Below, one piece after another: positions 17,836 to 27,535 of a stretch of 64,000 nt of DNA (its first letter is position 1; each line of letters starts with the position of its first letter). The DNA comes from Patescibacteria group bacterium (GTDB taxonomy: Bacteria > Patescibacteriota > Patescibacteriia > UBA10025 > JAHIVO01): positions 94,693 through 158,692 of the forward strand of contig JAQULM010000001.1 in assembly GCA_028718605.1 (NCBI GenBank), given 5' to 3'. Under the pieces are notes generated by a model. The model saw only the letters and a list, made by a program, of their open reading frames with translations, searched no databases and was not told where the DNA came from. The translations under genes and the position numbers were made by a program.

Positions 17836-19542
17836 TTAATCCGTGCATTTTACGATGTCGATGACTTTCAACTGCAACTCACGGCTTCCGTTCCATTCAT
17901 TGAATGATATCTCAAACACTACATCGACGGTATCGCCTATTGACAGTGCATCGCACCAACGCTTGCCGAATCCAAATGCGATAAATTTTCTCGAGGTCGC
18001 GCCATCCTGAAGAACAAACCGCAGATGCTTGCCGTCTTTTCCAACTGCATGCATCTCAGCGATCGTAAGCTTGTAGGCAACAAACCGCGGCTGGTGGTTC
18101 CCAATGCCGAATGGCTCAAAATCTTGCAGCTTGGTTACGAGATCCCAGGTCATGGCATCGAGCGGCACCGCAGCATCGATCATAATACGCTTGACCATGT
18201 CGGTTTCCCGAATCTCGCGATTTGCAATGGCAACCATTTTCTTCAGGAATGCAGCAACCTTCCCGGCCTGAAGCGTAAAACCGCACGCTTCCGCATGGCC
18301 ACCAAAACGCACGAGATACTCCCGACACTCGATCAGTGCCTTAGTAATATCAAATTTTTCGATCGACCGGCCCGAACCGATAACTTCGCCATGATGTCGA
18401 CCCATAATAAGGACCGGCCGCTGGAACTCGTCAGCGAGCTTCCCCGCGACGAGGCCGACAACGCCTGCCTGCCAGCCATCGCCAATTGCGCTCAGCAAAC
18501 GACTGGTGCCGACACTACCGATCTGCTTCCTCGATTCAGCGACCATTGTTTCAGTCAACCGCTGGCGCTGTTGGTTGGTGCGCTCGAGACCCGCTGCGGC
18601 ATCCGCGGCAACTGATGCATCCTCGGTCATCAAGAGTTCATACGCAATATTTGCATGGTGCATGCGGCCTGCCGCATTGAGCCGTGGAACGATGCTAAAG
18701 CTGACGCCGTTCGTATCGACGGTGGCAATATCAAGACGCGCTGACCGCGCAATCGCCTGTAATCCATGGCGTTTCGTTTTTCGCAGGACTACAAGCCCGT
18801 AGCGTGCCAGGGTTCGGTTTTCACCGATGATCGGTACGCAGTCGCCTATCGTACCGATAGCAACAATATCGAGAAGCCATTTTTCAAAACCTGCGGGCAC
18901 GCGCGTGGCGCCATCTCGTGCAAGAAGCGCTTGAACTACCTTAAACGCCACACCAGCGCCCGACAGCTCACGGAATGGGTATGTTTCCTGGTCGAGGTGC
19001 GGATTAATAATCGCATACGCGGGTGGTAGCTCCGGCGGCTGCTCATGATGGTCAGTGACGACAACATCTACACCCTTCGTATTTGCACGCTCAATTTCCA
19101 GCTTATTGGCAATGCCACAGTCAACGGTCACAATGAGCTTCGTGCCTGACCGCGCAAGGTCATCGACTGTCTTTACGTTCAAACCATACCCCTCGGATTG
19201 GCGGTGCGGGATGTAAATATTCACGTCGGCACCCAGCTTACGAAGGGTCGAGACCATAATTATCGACGCACTAACGCCGTCTGCATCATAATCACCGTAG
19301 ACCGTAATCACCTCGCGTTTCTCGATTGCAGCAAAAATGCGGCTAACAGCCCGTGCCATGTCCTTGAAGACGAACGGATCATGCAGGTCCTGGCCGTAAT
19401 CCGGATTGAGAAATTCATCAATCGCGGTCTGAGTCGTAAAACCACGGTTATGGAGAAGCTGCACTATAATTGGGTCTACTTCGGCGAATCGTGCCCGCAC
19501 TGAATCTGAAATCGGTTTTGCCACCAGCCATGTTCGTTTCAT
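17836..19542 (-). CDS. recJ: ssDNA exonuclease RecJ
   Basis: YGDYDADG, TVDCG, TDHH, PRLNAAGR, GSGRS, GGH. Confidence 0.97.
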   Translation of the reverse strand: MKRTWLVAKPISDSVRARFAEVDPIIVQLLHNRGFTTQTAIDEFLNPDYGQDLHDPFVFKDMARAVSRIFAAIEKREVITVYGDYDADGVSASIIMVSTLRKLGADVNIYIPHRQSEGYGLNVKTVDDLARSGTKLIVTVDCGIANKLEIERANTKGVDVVVTDHHEQPPELPPAYAIINPHLDQETYPFRELSGAGVAFKVVQALLARDGATRVPAGFEKWLLDIVAIGTIGDCVPIIGENRTLARYGLVVLRKTKRHGLQAIARSARLDIATVDTNGVSFSIVPRLNAAGRMHHANIAYELLMTEDASVAADAAAGLERTNQQRQRLTETMVAESRKQIGSVGTSRLLSAIGDGWQAGVVGLVAGKLADEFQRPVLIMGRHHGEVIGSGRSIEKFDITKALIECREYLVRFGGHAEACGFTLQAGKVAAFLKKMVAIANREIRETDMVKRIMIDAAVPLDAMTWDLVTKLQDFEPFGIGNHQPRFVAYKLTIAEMHAVGKDGKHLRFVLQDGATSRKFIAFGFGKRWCDALSIGDTVDVVFEISFNEWNGSRELQLKVIDIVKCTD

Positions 19543-19652
19543 ATTGGTATGTAGTATACCACGTTAAGTTGAGCTTGGACAAAAGAGTATTATCGGATCA
19601 ACAATAATATGATAGAATATAAATAGTTTCAGATTGTCCTACCGATCCATGT

Positions 19653-20072
19653 ATGAATATTTTTTGTCCCATTTCCATCCATGGTGGCCGCCATAATATT
19701 CAATACTGTAAAATGTTGGTACGCAGAATTCAGCAGCATGGCCATACAGTCCTGAACGCAATTGTAATTGATGACGATGTAGTTGAAAAAGAAGCACAAA
19801 AGCCCCCGCGGCAAATCCACGATCAATGTAAGCAGTGGATCGATGCGGCAGAAATCATCATTGGAGAAGTAACCACCCCAAGTTTAGGTGTGGGCATGGA
19901 GCTTGAATATTGTTTGGCGAAAAATAAACGCATATACGCCCTGTACGTAAGCCACTATGAACCGACGGTCTCGCTCATGGTCAAAGGCAATCCGCATATC
20001 CATCTTCAGCCCTACACAAACGCGACCGAACTCAAGGCAATCGTAGACGCTATACTTTCATCACACACCTAG
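19653..20072 (+). CDS. nucleoside 2-deoxyribosyltransferase / DNPH1(Rcl)-like N-glycosidase
   Basis: SIHGGR, EVTTPSLGVGMEL (catalytic Glu), SLMVKG. Confidence 0.85.
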   Translation: MNIFCPISIHGGRHNIQYCKMLVRRIQQHGHTVLNAIVIDDDVVEKEAQKPPRQIHDQCKQWIDAAEIIIGEVTTPSLGVGMELEYCLAKNKRIYALYVSHYEPTVSLMVKGNPHIHLQPYTNATELKAIVDAILSSHT

Positions 20073-20180
20073 GCTCTTTTTATTATCCAATTTCCCCCTT
20101 CGGCATACGGAAGGGCCATTTTTATTACGGCTACAAATGTACTATACTGTAAGCGTGCGATAAACGTTAACAATAAACGC

Positions 20181-20747
20181 ATGACAACTAAGGATATCCT
20201 CAATTTTTTCTTCGAACTCGGGCAGCTGAAGAAAGTCGAACACGAAGGGTGGCGTTTAGCTGGCGTCGAACACCCTGAAAAAGTAACTGACCATTCGCTG
20301 CGCGTCGCTCATATCGCGTATGCGCTTGCCCACCTTGAGCAGTACCCAAATCCTGAGGAAGTGTGCACCATGGCTGTTTTCCACGATATCGCAGAATGCC
20401 GGACCGGCGATGTCCATAATGTCGCGAAACACTATGTCAAACGAGATGAGGCACGCGCAGTTCGTGCACAACTTAAAAACCTCGGCACACTCGGTAAAAA
20501 AATCTATTTGTTATGGAAACAGGTTGAGGACCGGAAGACAAAAGCTGGGATCATCGCCAAAGACGCTGATTACCTCGAACAGGCAGTCACTGCAAAAGAA
20601 TACCTTGAGCGTGGCATTGATCTGGCTACTGTATGGATCGAAAACGTTGAGCGGCGGCTTAAAACGAAATCCGCACGCACCCTCTTGGACGGCCTTCGTA
20701 CAACGCGATCCACAGACTGGTGTAAAAAGCAGATTATGGTCTCATAA
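20181..20747 (+). CDS. HD-domain 5'-deoxynucleotidase-like protein
   Basis: GW..EKVTDHS, FHDIAECRTGD, KDADYLE. Confidence 0.88.
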   Translation: MTTKDILNFFFELGQLKKVEHEGWRLAGVEHPEKVTDHSLRVAHIAYALAHLEQYPNPEEVCTMAVFHDIAECRTGDVHNVAKHYVKRDEARAVRAQLKNLGTLGKKIYLLWKQVEDRKTKAGIIAKDADYLEQAVTAKEYLERGIDLATVWIENVERRLKTKSARTLLDGLRTTRSTDWCKKQIMVS

Positions 20748-20774
20748 CGTTTATAAATCATCCTTACTTTCCCT

Positions 20775-21659
20775 ATGCAGCTGACGATCATCCCAACGTC
20801 AACGACCCACCACCTTGCTAAGAAGCTTGTGAACGCTCCCCATATCACAGTCATGGTTCCCGATACGAACAAGGACGGCACGTACTACTTCCCTGATGGC
20901 GAGCGGTATACGCGGCTTTCAAAAGTAAGTGAAATCAAAGACAGGGCGGTTATACTCCATGCAGGCCAGCCGCACCCGAATAAGGGTTTGGCGGAACTCG
21001 AGATGCTGGTTTCGATTCTCCACAATGCTGAAATTGACAATATCGAAATATTCTTTACCTATTTTCCGTATGGAATGCAAGACAAGGTGTTTGAACATGG
21101 CGAAACAAACGTCGCTGAAAATTTCCTCAAAAAACTGACATCCTATTATAAAGTCCGCCAGATTTACGCGATCGATGCCCATTTTCATGGCAGGCTGTGG
21201 GCGACAAACTATCCGTTCCACAATATTACCGCATTGCCGCTCTTGAAACAGGCAGCGTTAAAACTTTACCCGGATATGGTTTTCTCAACTCCCGACGCTG
21301 GCTCCCACCGGCGAACCGGCATCTCAGGGACAAAAAAGAAGCGGATTCATTCATACCATACAGAAATCCATTCCGACGAGCAGTTCGGTCAGATGGTACA
21401 AGGTAAGATGGTCGGCGTCATCGACGATCTGCTCGAAACAGGCGGCACCCTCGACCGGTTCTATGATACTGCCATAAAGTGCGGGGCACGTGATGTTGTT
21501 GCACTGATCACACACGGTGTTCTCGAAAGCGGCATCGACCGTATCACCCACAAATACAAACACCTGTTTTTGGCGAATACGATCGAACAAGAGCGAGCAA
21601 ACGTTGATGTCTCCCCGCTTATCATTAAAACATTAGGTTCGCAGCAAACACTCTTATGA
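20775..21659 (+). CDS. ribose-phosphate pyrophosphokinase-like protein
   Basis: FPDGE, YFPYGMQDK, IDAH, PDAG, VIDDLLETGGT, ITHG; divergent. Confidence 0.85.
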   Translation: MQLTIIPTSTTHHLAKKLVNAPHITVMVPDTNKDGTYYFPDGERYTRLSKVSEIKDRAVILHAGQPHPNKGLAELEMLVSILHNAEIDNIEIFFTYFPYGMQDKVFEHGETNVAENFLKKLTSYYKVRQIYAIDAHFHGRLWATNYPFHNITALPLLKQAALKLYPDMVFSTPDAGSHRRTGISGTKKKRIHSYHTEIHSDEQFGQMVQGKMVGVIDDLLETGGTLDRFYDTAIKCGARDVVALITHGVLESGIDRITHKYKHLFLANTIEQERANVDVSPLIIKTLGSQQTLL

Positions 21660-22864
21660 TCACGGGCAAACTGATCATTCGCCTGTTCGATCCCGCCAAC
21701 ATGCAGCGCTGGAACGACCAGATCCGCCCAGTCGAGCTTCGGGAGTTGGACAAACAAGCGCATAAAATGGTTATTGCGTATGTTCTCGGAAGGCTCTCCG
21801 AGCGCGAACCGAATTTCTCCTGGCGTTCAATCATCGAAGGCGGTATTTTTGAATACCTGCAGCGCCTGGTGCTCACCGATTTGAAGCCCCAGCTCTTTTA
21901 CCGCATTAAACATAAACAAAAACGGTACGACAGGCTGAATGCATGGGTATACCGGCAACTCGCACCCGAGCTGAATCCACTCGGTAAAGAATTCACGAAG
22001 CGTTTTCATTCCCATTTTAACAAACGTAATGCGATTACCGACGTTAACCGGCAGGTTTTAAATACCGCACACCTTGTAGCAACACGCTGGGAATTTAATA
22101 TTATTAAACGTGCCAACCCCAACAGTGCTGAAATTGCTGATATCGGCCGCGAACTGAAAGCCCAGGAACAAGCAGCTGACGTCCGCCGCTTGCTGCGATT
22201 GCTTCAACCAGAAAAGAATTATGGTCGTTTCATCGACCTGTGCGGAACGCTTCGTTTCCAAGTGCGATGGAGCCATTTGCACCGCGAACCCCGCACGTCA
22301 GTACTCGGCCACATGCTTATCGTCGCTATGCTGTCACACCTTCTCTCGCTGGAAATAGGCGCATGCGAAAAACGCATGGTCAATAATTACTTTACGGGGT
22401 TATTCCATGATCTTCCAGAAGTCCTCACGAGGGATATTATCAATCCGGTCAAAATGTCTGTCCCTGGATTGCGGGATTTGATCCGCGATGAGGAACAAAA
22501 ACGCATGCAGGAAAAAGTTTATACGCTCGTCCCTGCGTGGAAGCGTGATCTGAAATTTTACACCGACAGGGAATTTGAAACCGTCGTAATGAACAACGGC
22601 AAACGAATGCGCACAACAACTGATAGAATCAACCGCTTGTATAATATGGATCAATACAATGCCCGCGACGGCGATCTAATCAAAGTTGCCGACAATCTTG
22701 CCGCATTTACCGAGGCTCACCTGGCCATCCAGAATGGGATTGCCAACCCAACATTCATTGCAGCGCGTTCTGCGCTGGTCCGCCAATACAAGCACATCCA
22801 ACTCGGCGGAATTCCTGTCGGTAAAATTTTCGAGGAACTCCAGACGACGACAATGGTGCCATAA
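21656..22864 (+). CDS. tandem HD-domain hydrolase
   Basis: MQRWND..ELDKQAHK; RW..TSVLGH, FHDLPEVLTRDIINPVK. Confidence 0.85.
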   Translation: MITGKLIIRLFDPANMQRWNDQIRPVELRELDKQAHKMVIAYVLGRLSEREPNFSWRSIIEGGIFEYLQRLVLTDLKPQLFYRIKHKQKRYDRLNAWVYRQLAPELNPLGKEFTKRFHSHFNKRNAITDVNRQVLNTAHLVATRWEFNIIKRANPNSAEIADIGRELKAQEQAADVRRLLRLLQPEKNYGRFIDLCGTLRFQVRWSHLHREPRTSVLGHMLIVAMLSHLLSLEIGACEKRMVNNYFTGLFHDLPEVLTRDIINPVKMSVPGLRDLIRDEEQKRMQEKVYTLVPAWKRDLKFYTDREFETVVMNNGKRMRTTTDRINRLYNMDQYNARDGDLIKVADNLAAFTEAHLAIQNGIANPTFIAARSALVRQYKHIQLGGIPVGKIFEELQTTTMVP

Positions 22865-22952
22865 GCGCCCAGCGAATACCTTGAGCGTATCGATGAATCG
22901 CGGGACTTTTTTTTAGCTCCATAAAATGGTATACTAGAAATCACACTGCCGT

Positions 22953-23630
22953 ATGCAACAGCAAGAAACAATTATTCAAGTTAATAAAATTTTCAAGACA
23001 TACCGTCTTGGAGAAGTGCACGTGCCTGCGCTGAAGAATGTTTCCCTTACTATCCACAAGGGTGATTTTTTGATAATTACCGGCAGAAATGGTTCGGGAA
23101 AATCGACGTTGCTCCGGCAGCTTGGGCTTCTCGATAAGCCAGATTCGGGCGAAATTCTCCTGAAAAACAAAGACGTAACGAAAATGCCTGAACGGGAACG
23201 GGCGTCTATACGCTTAAAACGTTTAGGATATATTTTCCAAGAATATGCGCTCATCGCCGAACTGTCAGCCGTCGAGAATGTCATGCTGCCTGCAATGATG
23301 CTTGAATCATCTGCGTCCTGCCGGAAACGTGCCATTGAAGTACTGAAAAAAGTCGGCCTGGAATATAAAATTAAAAACCTACCTCGCCAGCTCTCAGGTG
23401 GAGAACAGCAAAAAGTCGCAATCGCACGCGCCCTCATCAACCATCCGGAAGTGATCTTTGCCGATGAACCGACGGCAAACCTGGATTCAATCGCTGCGAA
23501 AGACGTACTGAAAGTTTTCAAAAGGCTCAATGAACACGATCAGTCGACAATTGTCATGATTACCCACGAGGAAGAAGAAACTGCATACGGCCACCGCATT
23601 ATTAAACTCGCTGACGGCTCACTTGTATGA
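22953..23630 (+). CDS. ABC transporter ATP-binding protein (LolD/MacB-type)
   Basis: [26 protein letters not shown]. Confidence 0.95.
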   Translation: MQQQETIIQVNKIFKTYRLGEVHVPALKNVSLTIHKGDFLIITGRNGSGKSTLLRQLGLLDKPDSGEILLKNKDVTKMPERERASIRLKRLGYIFQEYALIAELSAVENVMLPAMMLESSASCRKRAIEVLKKVGLEYKIKNLPRQLSGGEQQKVAIARALINHPEVIFADEPTANLDSIAAKDVLKVFKRLNEHDQSTIVMITHEEEETAYGHRIIKLADGSLV

Positions 23631-24838
23631 AAGCTGAATACAAAATCCCTTTTATCTTGTCTTGGAAACACCTGCTGCGAAGCAATAAATGGACGCTGTC
23701 GCTCATCATTTTTTTCATGTCAATCGCTTTCATTAACATGATTTTTGTTCCGTCTCTCTTCAACGGCATTGTCGATGGGTTTAATAAACAGATCATCACT
23801 ACCACGACCGGCAATATTCTCATAACGCCACGCGATGGCAAAGACTTTATCAGCGACAGTTCCGAAACTATCAATCGTATTGAATCAACAGATGGAGTGA
23901 CTGCAGCAAGCGCGCAAATGCTCGTTCCGGGCACACTGAAATTCGACGGAAAGAAGGGCTCATGGTCCATCTATGCAATCAATCCTGACCAAGAAAAAAA
24001 AGTTACGACCGTATCTGAGAAAATCATCGATGGTGAGTACCTCGATCCTTCTGACGAAACCGGAATTTTATTGGGAAACGATATCACCAGTACTGAAACG
24101 ACAAACGAGGGGGATAATCCGTTTTCACTGAAAGGTGCCAGCGTCGGAGATACGGTTGCGGTTATTTTCGGCAACACTGAGTACGAATTTACGATCAGGG
24201 GAATTTTTAAAACTAAATTTAATACCGCAGACCAGCGTGGCTTTATTACCCAAGAAGCGCTTAAAAAAATGAATCCTGGATATGTCGACGAAGCAACGTC
24301 AATCTCGGTTACCATTAACCTTGAGGGTGATGAAGAAAACGTCATGCAGTCACTCAAAGACCGTGGCGTTCGTGAAAATATCTATAGTTGGCAGCAGGCT
24401 AGCTCACTGATGAGTTCTGTCAGTGATAGTTTTCTCAGCATAAATGTTATTCTATCGATTTTCGGCGTGCTTATTGCCGCCATTACTGTGTTCATAGTCA
24501 TTTACATTGACATCTCTTCGAGGCGGCAAGAAATCGGCATCCTCCGTGCCATCGGCATACGCCCGTACTTGATTCGGGCAATGTATATTATTCTCTCTGC
24601 GGTATATTCCGTAGCGGGCGTTTTACTTGGAACCGTCCTCTTTTTTGCAATCATCGTGCCCTATTTTAACGCGCATCCGTTTGTCCTCCCAATCGCAGAC
24701 GCGAAACTGCTCGTCAACCCTGGAGATTTTATTGCACGGCTTGAAACGCTGATATGGGTTGCAATCGCCGCCGGCCTCGTTCCGGCAGTAACAATAACCC
24801 GCACCAAGCTCCTCGATGCGATCTGGGGCAGTAAATAA
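23627..24838 (+). CDS. ABC transporter permease (FtsX/MacB family)
   Basis: 1+3 TM layout; RRQEIGILRAIG. Confidence 0.92.
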   Translation: MKAEYKIPFILSWKHLLRSNKWTLSLIIFFMSIAFINMIFVPSLFNGIVDGFNKQIITTTTGNILITPRDGKDFISDSSETINRIESTDGVTAASAQMLVPGTLKFDGKKGSWSIYAINPDQEKKVTTVSEKIIDGEYLDPSDETGILLGNDITSTETTNEGDNPFSLKGASVGDTVAVIFGNTEYEFTIRGIFKTKFNTADQRGFITQEALKKMNPGYVDEATSISVTINLEGDEENVMQSLKDRGVRENIYSWQQASSLMSSVSDSFLSINVILSIFGVLIAAITVFIVIYIDISSRRQEIGILRAIGIRPYLIRAMYIILSAVYSVAGVLLGTVLFFAIIVPYFNAHPFVLPIADAKLLVNPGDFIARLETLIWVAIAAGLVPAVTITRTKLLDAIWGSK

Positions 24839-24848
24839 CATTCCCCGT

Positions 24849-25772
24849 ATGCCACATTCGCTGTGGGCAAACTTGCCACGGCCGGTCATCTGCCTGGCCC
24901 CCATGGATGGCTATACAGACAGCGCCTTTCGGCGTACCTGTAAAACGGTGAATCGGAACATTGTTGTGTTCACCGAATTCGTTTCGGCTGATGGCTTGCA
25001 CCACAAAGCAAAAAAATTGCAAGAAAAACTTCGATTCCATAATCAAGAACATCCGATCATCGCCCAGATTTTCGGAAAAAACGCCGAGTCATACATAACG
25101 GCGGCGAAATACTGTGAAACGCTTGGATTTGACGGAATCGACATTAACATGGGATGCCCATCGAAAAAGGTTGTAAAATCAGAACACGGCGTCGCTTTAA
25201 GGAAAAAACCAGACCTTGCATACCGGCTGATCGAAAGCATTTCGACGGCGACAAAACTGCCCATTTCCGTAAAAACACGCCTCGGATGGGATAGCGCAGA
25301 CGATCTTATCACATTTGGAAAAGGCGTAGAAAACGCAGGTGCCCAGCTTATCACGGTTCATGGAAGAACGTATAAGCAAGGGTTCTCCGACCATGCAGAT
25401 TTTAACCCACTCTACGCCCTGAAACGGGAACTAACGATTCCGGTCATCGGCAATGGGGATATTGCGGATATGAGCGATGGAATGAAAAAACTTGGCAACC
25501 TTGACGGTTTCATGATCGGACGTGCATCAATCGGCAATCCGTGGGTTTTTGCCAAATTGCATCCAGCGAACTTCAGTGATAAAATCGCCTTGATACTCAA
25601 ACATGCAGAACTTCTCTGGCAATTGAAAGGCGAAAAAGTTGCTATGCTTGAAATTCGCAAGCATCTCCTCGCATACGTGAAGGGTTTACCGAACGCCTCA
25701 GAATACAGAAGTAAACTTGTGCAAGTAACCTCCATTAATGAAATCCATGGTATACTCAAGGCGCTCGAATGA
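24849..25772 (+). CDS. dusB: tRNA-dihydrouridine synthase
   Basis: LAPMDGYTD, DINMGCP, VHGRT, GNGD, MIGR. Confidence 0.9.
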   Translation: MPHSLWANLPRPVICLAPMDGYTDSAFRRTCKTVNRNIVVFTEFVSADGLHHKAKKLQEKLRFHNQEHPIIAQIFGKNAESYITAAKYCETLGFDGIDINMGCPSKKVVKSEHGVALRKKPDLAYRLIESISTATKLPISVKTRLGWDSADDLITFGKGVENAGAQLITVHGRTYKQGFSDHADFNPLYALKRELTIPVIGNGDIADMSDGMKKLGNLDGFMIGRASIGNPWVFAKLHPANFSDKIALILKHAELLWQLKGEKVAMLEIRKHLLAYVKGLPNASEYRSKLVQVTSINEIHGILKALE

Positions 25773-25793
25773 ATTACAATTCTATAAAACAAT

Positions 25794-26603
25794 ATGATCG
25801 GCCATCTGATTTATTCATACCAGCATCTTGACGACGCGCGGATTCAGCAGGAAATTTCGAGAAAATTGTACGCACCAGCGTTCGGCGGTGTCCATACCGT
25901 CCATGTTCACAACCAACATCCCAGCTTCCCCTGCCGGAAGTACCTCGAAGACGTTTTTATCGAACAAAAAAATCGCGGCCATTTTCAAGGCGCGTGTGAT
26001 GCCATCAACCGTGGTATTGCCTACTTTCAAACGAAGGGACCGAAGGCCATACACTACGTAATCGTAACAGCTGCTGATACATGGTGCATCAACGTACGAT
26101 TCTTGAAAAAGCTCCTCAACGAGATGGAACGAAATGCAAAAGTGATCGCCGCCTCATCCTGGAGCAAGACGCAGTACCCAGTCCCAATCCGTGGTTTTTC
26201 AACCGATTTTTTTATCATCGACATCCGCTGGATACGGCAAACACGAGTGTTCCCCTTGCATTTCAACCAATTCAAGCAGAAATTTAAGGACCTCTTCACC
26301 GTACTTTGGCAAATGCCAAACCTTGAAATGGCGTTCCAGTACCAATACAGCGCATACTTCATGAATACCTACCACGATAATGATATCTGGATCACTCGGG
26401 ATAAGCTCCTAGAAAGAATTACCGAACGCGAGCCGATCCACCGACCAAATGGTACGCGAATCAATGACTGGCCGACAATCGGGCTCTATACCAATCCAGA
26501 GCCAACAACAAAGCGCCGGGCATTGATTAATAACAAGCTCATGCTCGGTCCGCATGCGAAAAAGCTTATTCAAACGAACAAACCTAACTACTACAACCAT
26601 TAA
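25794..26603 (+). CDS. hypothetical protein, possibly GT-A fold
   Basis: NRGHFQGA..AINRG, YVIVTAADTW resemble glycosyltransferase family 2 segments. Confidence 0.5.
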   Translation: MIGHLIYSYQHLDDARIQQEISRKLYAPAFGGVHTVHVHNQHPSFPCRKYLEDVFIEQKNRGHFQGACDAINRGIAYFQTKGPKAIHYVIVTAADTWCINVRFLKKLLNEMERNAKVIAASSWSKTQYPVPIRGFSTDFFIIDIRWIRQTRVFPLHFNQFKQKFKDLFTVLWQMPNLEMAFQYQYSAYFMNTYHDNDIWITRDKLLERITEREPIHRPNGTRINDWPTIGLYTNPEPTTKRRALINNKLMLGPHAKKLIQTNKPNYYNH

Positions 26604-27038
26604 ATGGGCACATTTCTCATTTTTATCTGGATATATGCCGCAATGGTCGCTACAGCGTTCTGGGAAGCGTACGTGGAAGGCAGGAACGCCTGGGATCGCG
26701 GTAAACTTGGGTGGAAAATCAAGGTTGGTAACTATACATTCACTGCCTACCATTTTTTCCTGTTTGCTGTCATGTGGCCATTGCTGCTCACGCTCCCCTT
26801 TATCATGTTTGGCTGGGACAAACGGCTTTTCGGGATTGTTGTAAGCGCATTCGCGTCTGGTTCGGTGCTCGAAGACTTTCTGTGGTATGTCGTCAACCCA
26901 GCCGTTAAGCTGTCAGAATTGAATACGGATTTCGCGAACTACTACCCACGCGTGCGGATTGGTAATCTTCGGATTCCTGTGTTTTACTTTATTGGAATCG
27001 CGGTTTCGATACTGTCCTGGCTCCTCCTCTGGAGGTAG
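26604..27038 (+). CDS. hypothetical membrane protein
   Basis: About 4 TM; LEDFLWYVVNP. Confidence 0.7.
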   Translation: MGTFLIFIWIYAAMVATAFWEAYVEGRNAWDRGKLGWKIKVGNYTFTAYHFFLFAVMWPLLLTLPFIMFGWDKRLFGIVVSAFASGSVLEDFLWYVVNPAVKLSELNTDFANYYPRVRIGNLRIPVFYFIGIAVSILSWLLLWR

Positions 27039-27070
27039 CGCCAATCTCTGCGGCAACCGACAACAAGTGG

Positions 27071-27099
27071 TTGACAGATATATTGGGTTTCTATAAAAT
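27071..27099 (+). promoter_or_regulatory. tRNA operon promoter
   Basis: TTGACA-17-TAAAAT. Confidence 0.8.
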
Positions 27100-27190
27100 A
27101 CAAAAAAACTCGGGCTCTCACACACGCGGCCGGCCACACCGCAAAAACGGGATTGATTCCCGTGAGAGCCCGAAAAAATTGCTCTGAAGA

Positions 27191-27265
27191 GGCAGGGTGG
27201 AGCAGTCTGGTTAGCTCGTCGGGCCCATAACCCGAAGGTCGCGGGTTCAAATCCCTCCCCTGCCC
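27191..27265 (+). tRNA. tRNA-Met(CAT), initiator-like but atypical
   Basis: Cloverleaf; anticodon arm TCGGG-CCCATAA-CCCGA; GGTTCAAAT. Confidence 0.85.
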
Positions 27266-27306
27266 TTACTTTTGCCCACGAATCGTGGGCGTATCTTAAA
27301 GGGAAC

Positions 27307-27381
27307 GGGCGATATAGCTCAGTCTGGTAGAGCGCCTGTCTGTGGATCAGGTTGTCGGCAGTTTAAATCTGCTTATCGCCC
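27307..27381 (+). tRNA. tRNA-His(GTG)
   Basis: G-1:C73; acceptor GGCGATA/TATCGCC; loop CT-GTG-GA; T loop TTTAAAT. Confidence 0.85.
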
Positions 27382-27396
27382 CATTCTTTCAAAAAT

Positions 27397-27499
27397 GCCG
27401 CTGTAGTTCAGCTGGTAGAGCAGTGGACTGTGTCCCTACGGGACATCTCACGCAGGGAGAAAAATCCAAAGGACAGGGGTTCGATTCCCTCCAGCGGCA
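27397..27499 (+). tRNA. tRNA-Phe(GAA) interrupted by a 30-nt insert (27431-27460)
   Basis: Acceptor GCCGCTG/CAGCGGC, D arm, GTGGA-CT-G|AA-AA-TCCAA, GGTTCGATT. Confidence 0.8.
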
Positions 27500-27509
27500 T
27501 TGCATTCAC

Positions 27510-27535
27510 GGCCTCGCCCCCAGAGGCCTTTTTGC
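27510..27535 (+). terminator. intrinsic terminator
   Basis: GGCCTC/GAGGCC stem plus T run. Confidence 0.6.

Noticed and set aside
27431-27460. Group I intron in tRNA-Phe
   Set aside because: 30 nt is far too short for a catalytic core
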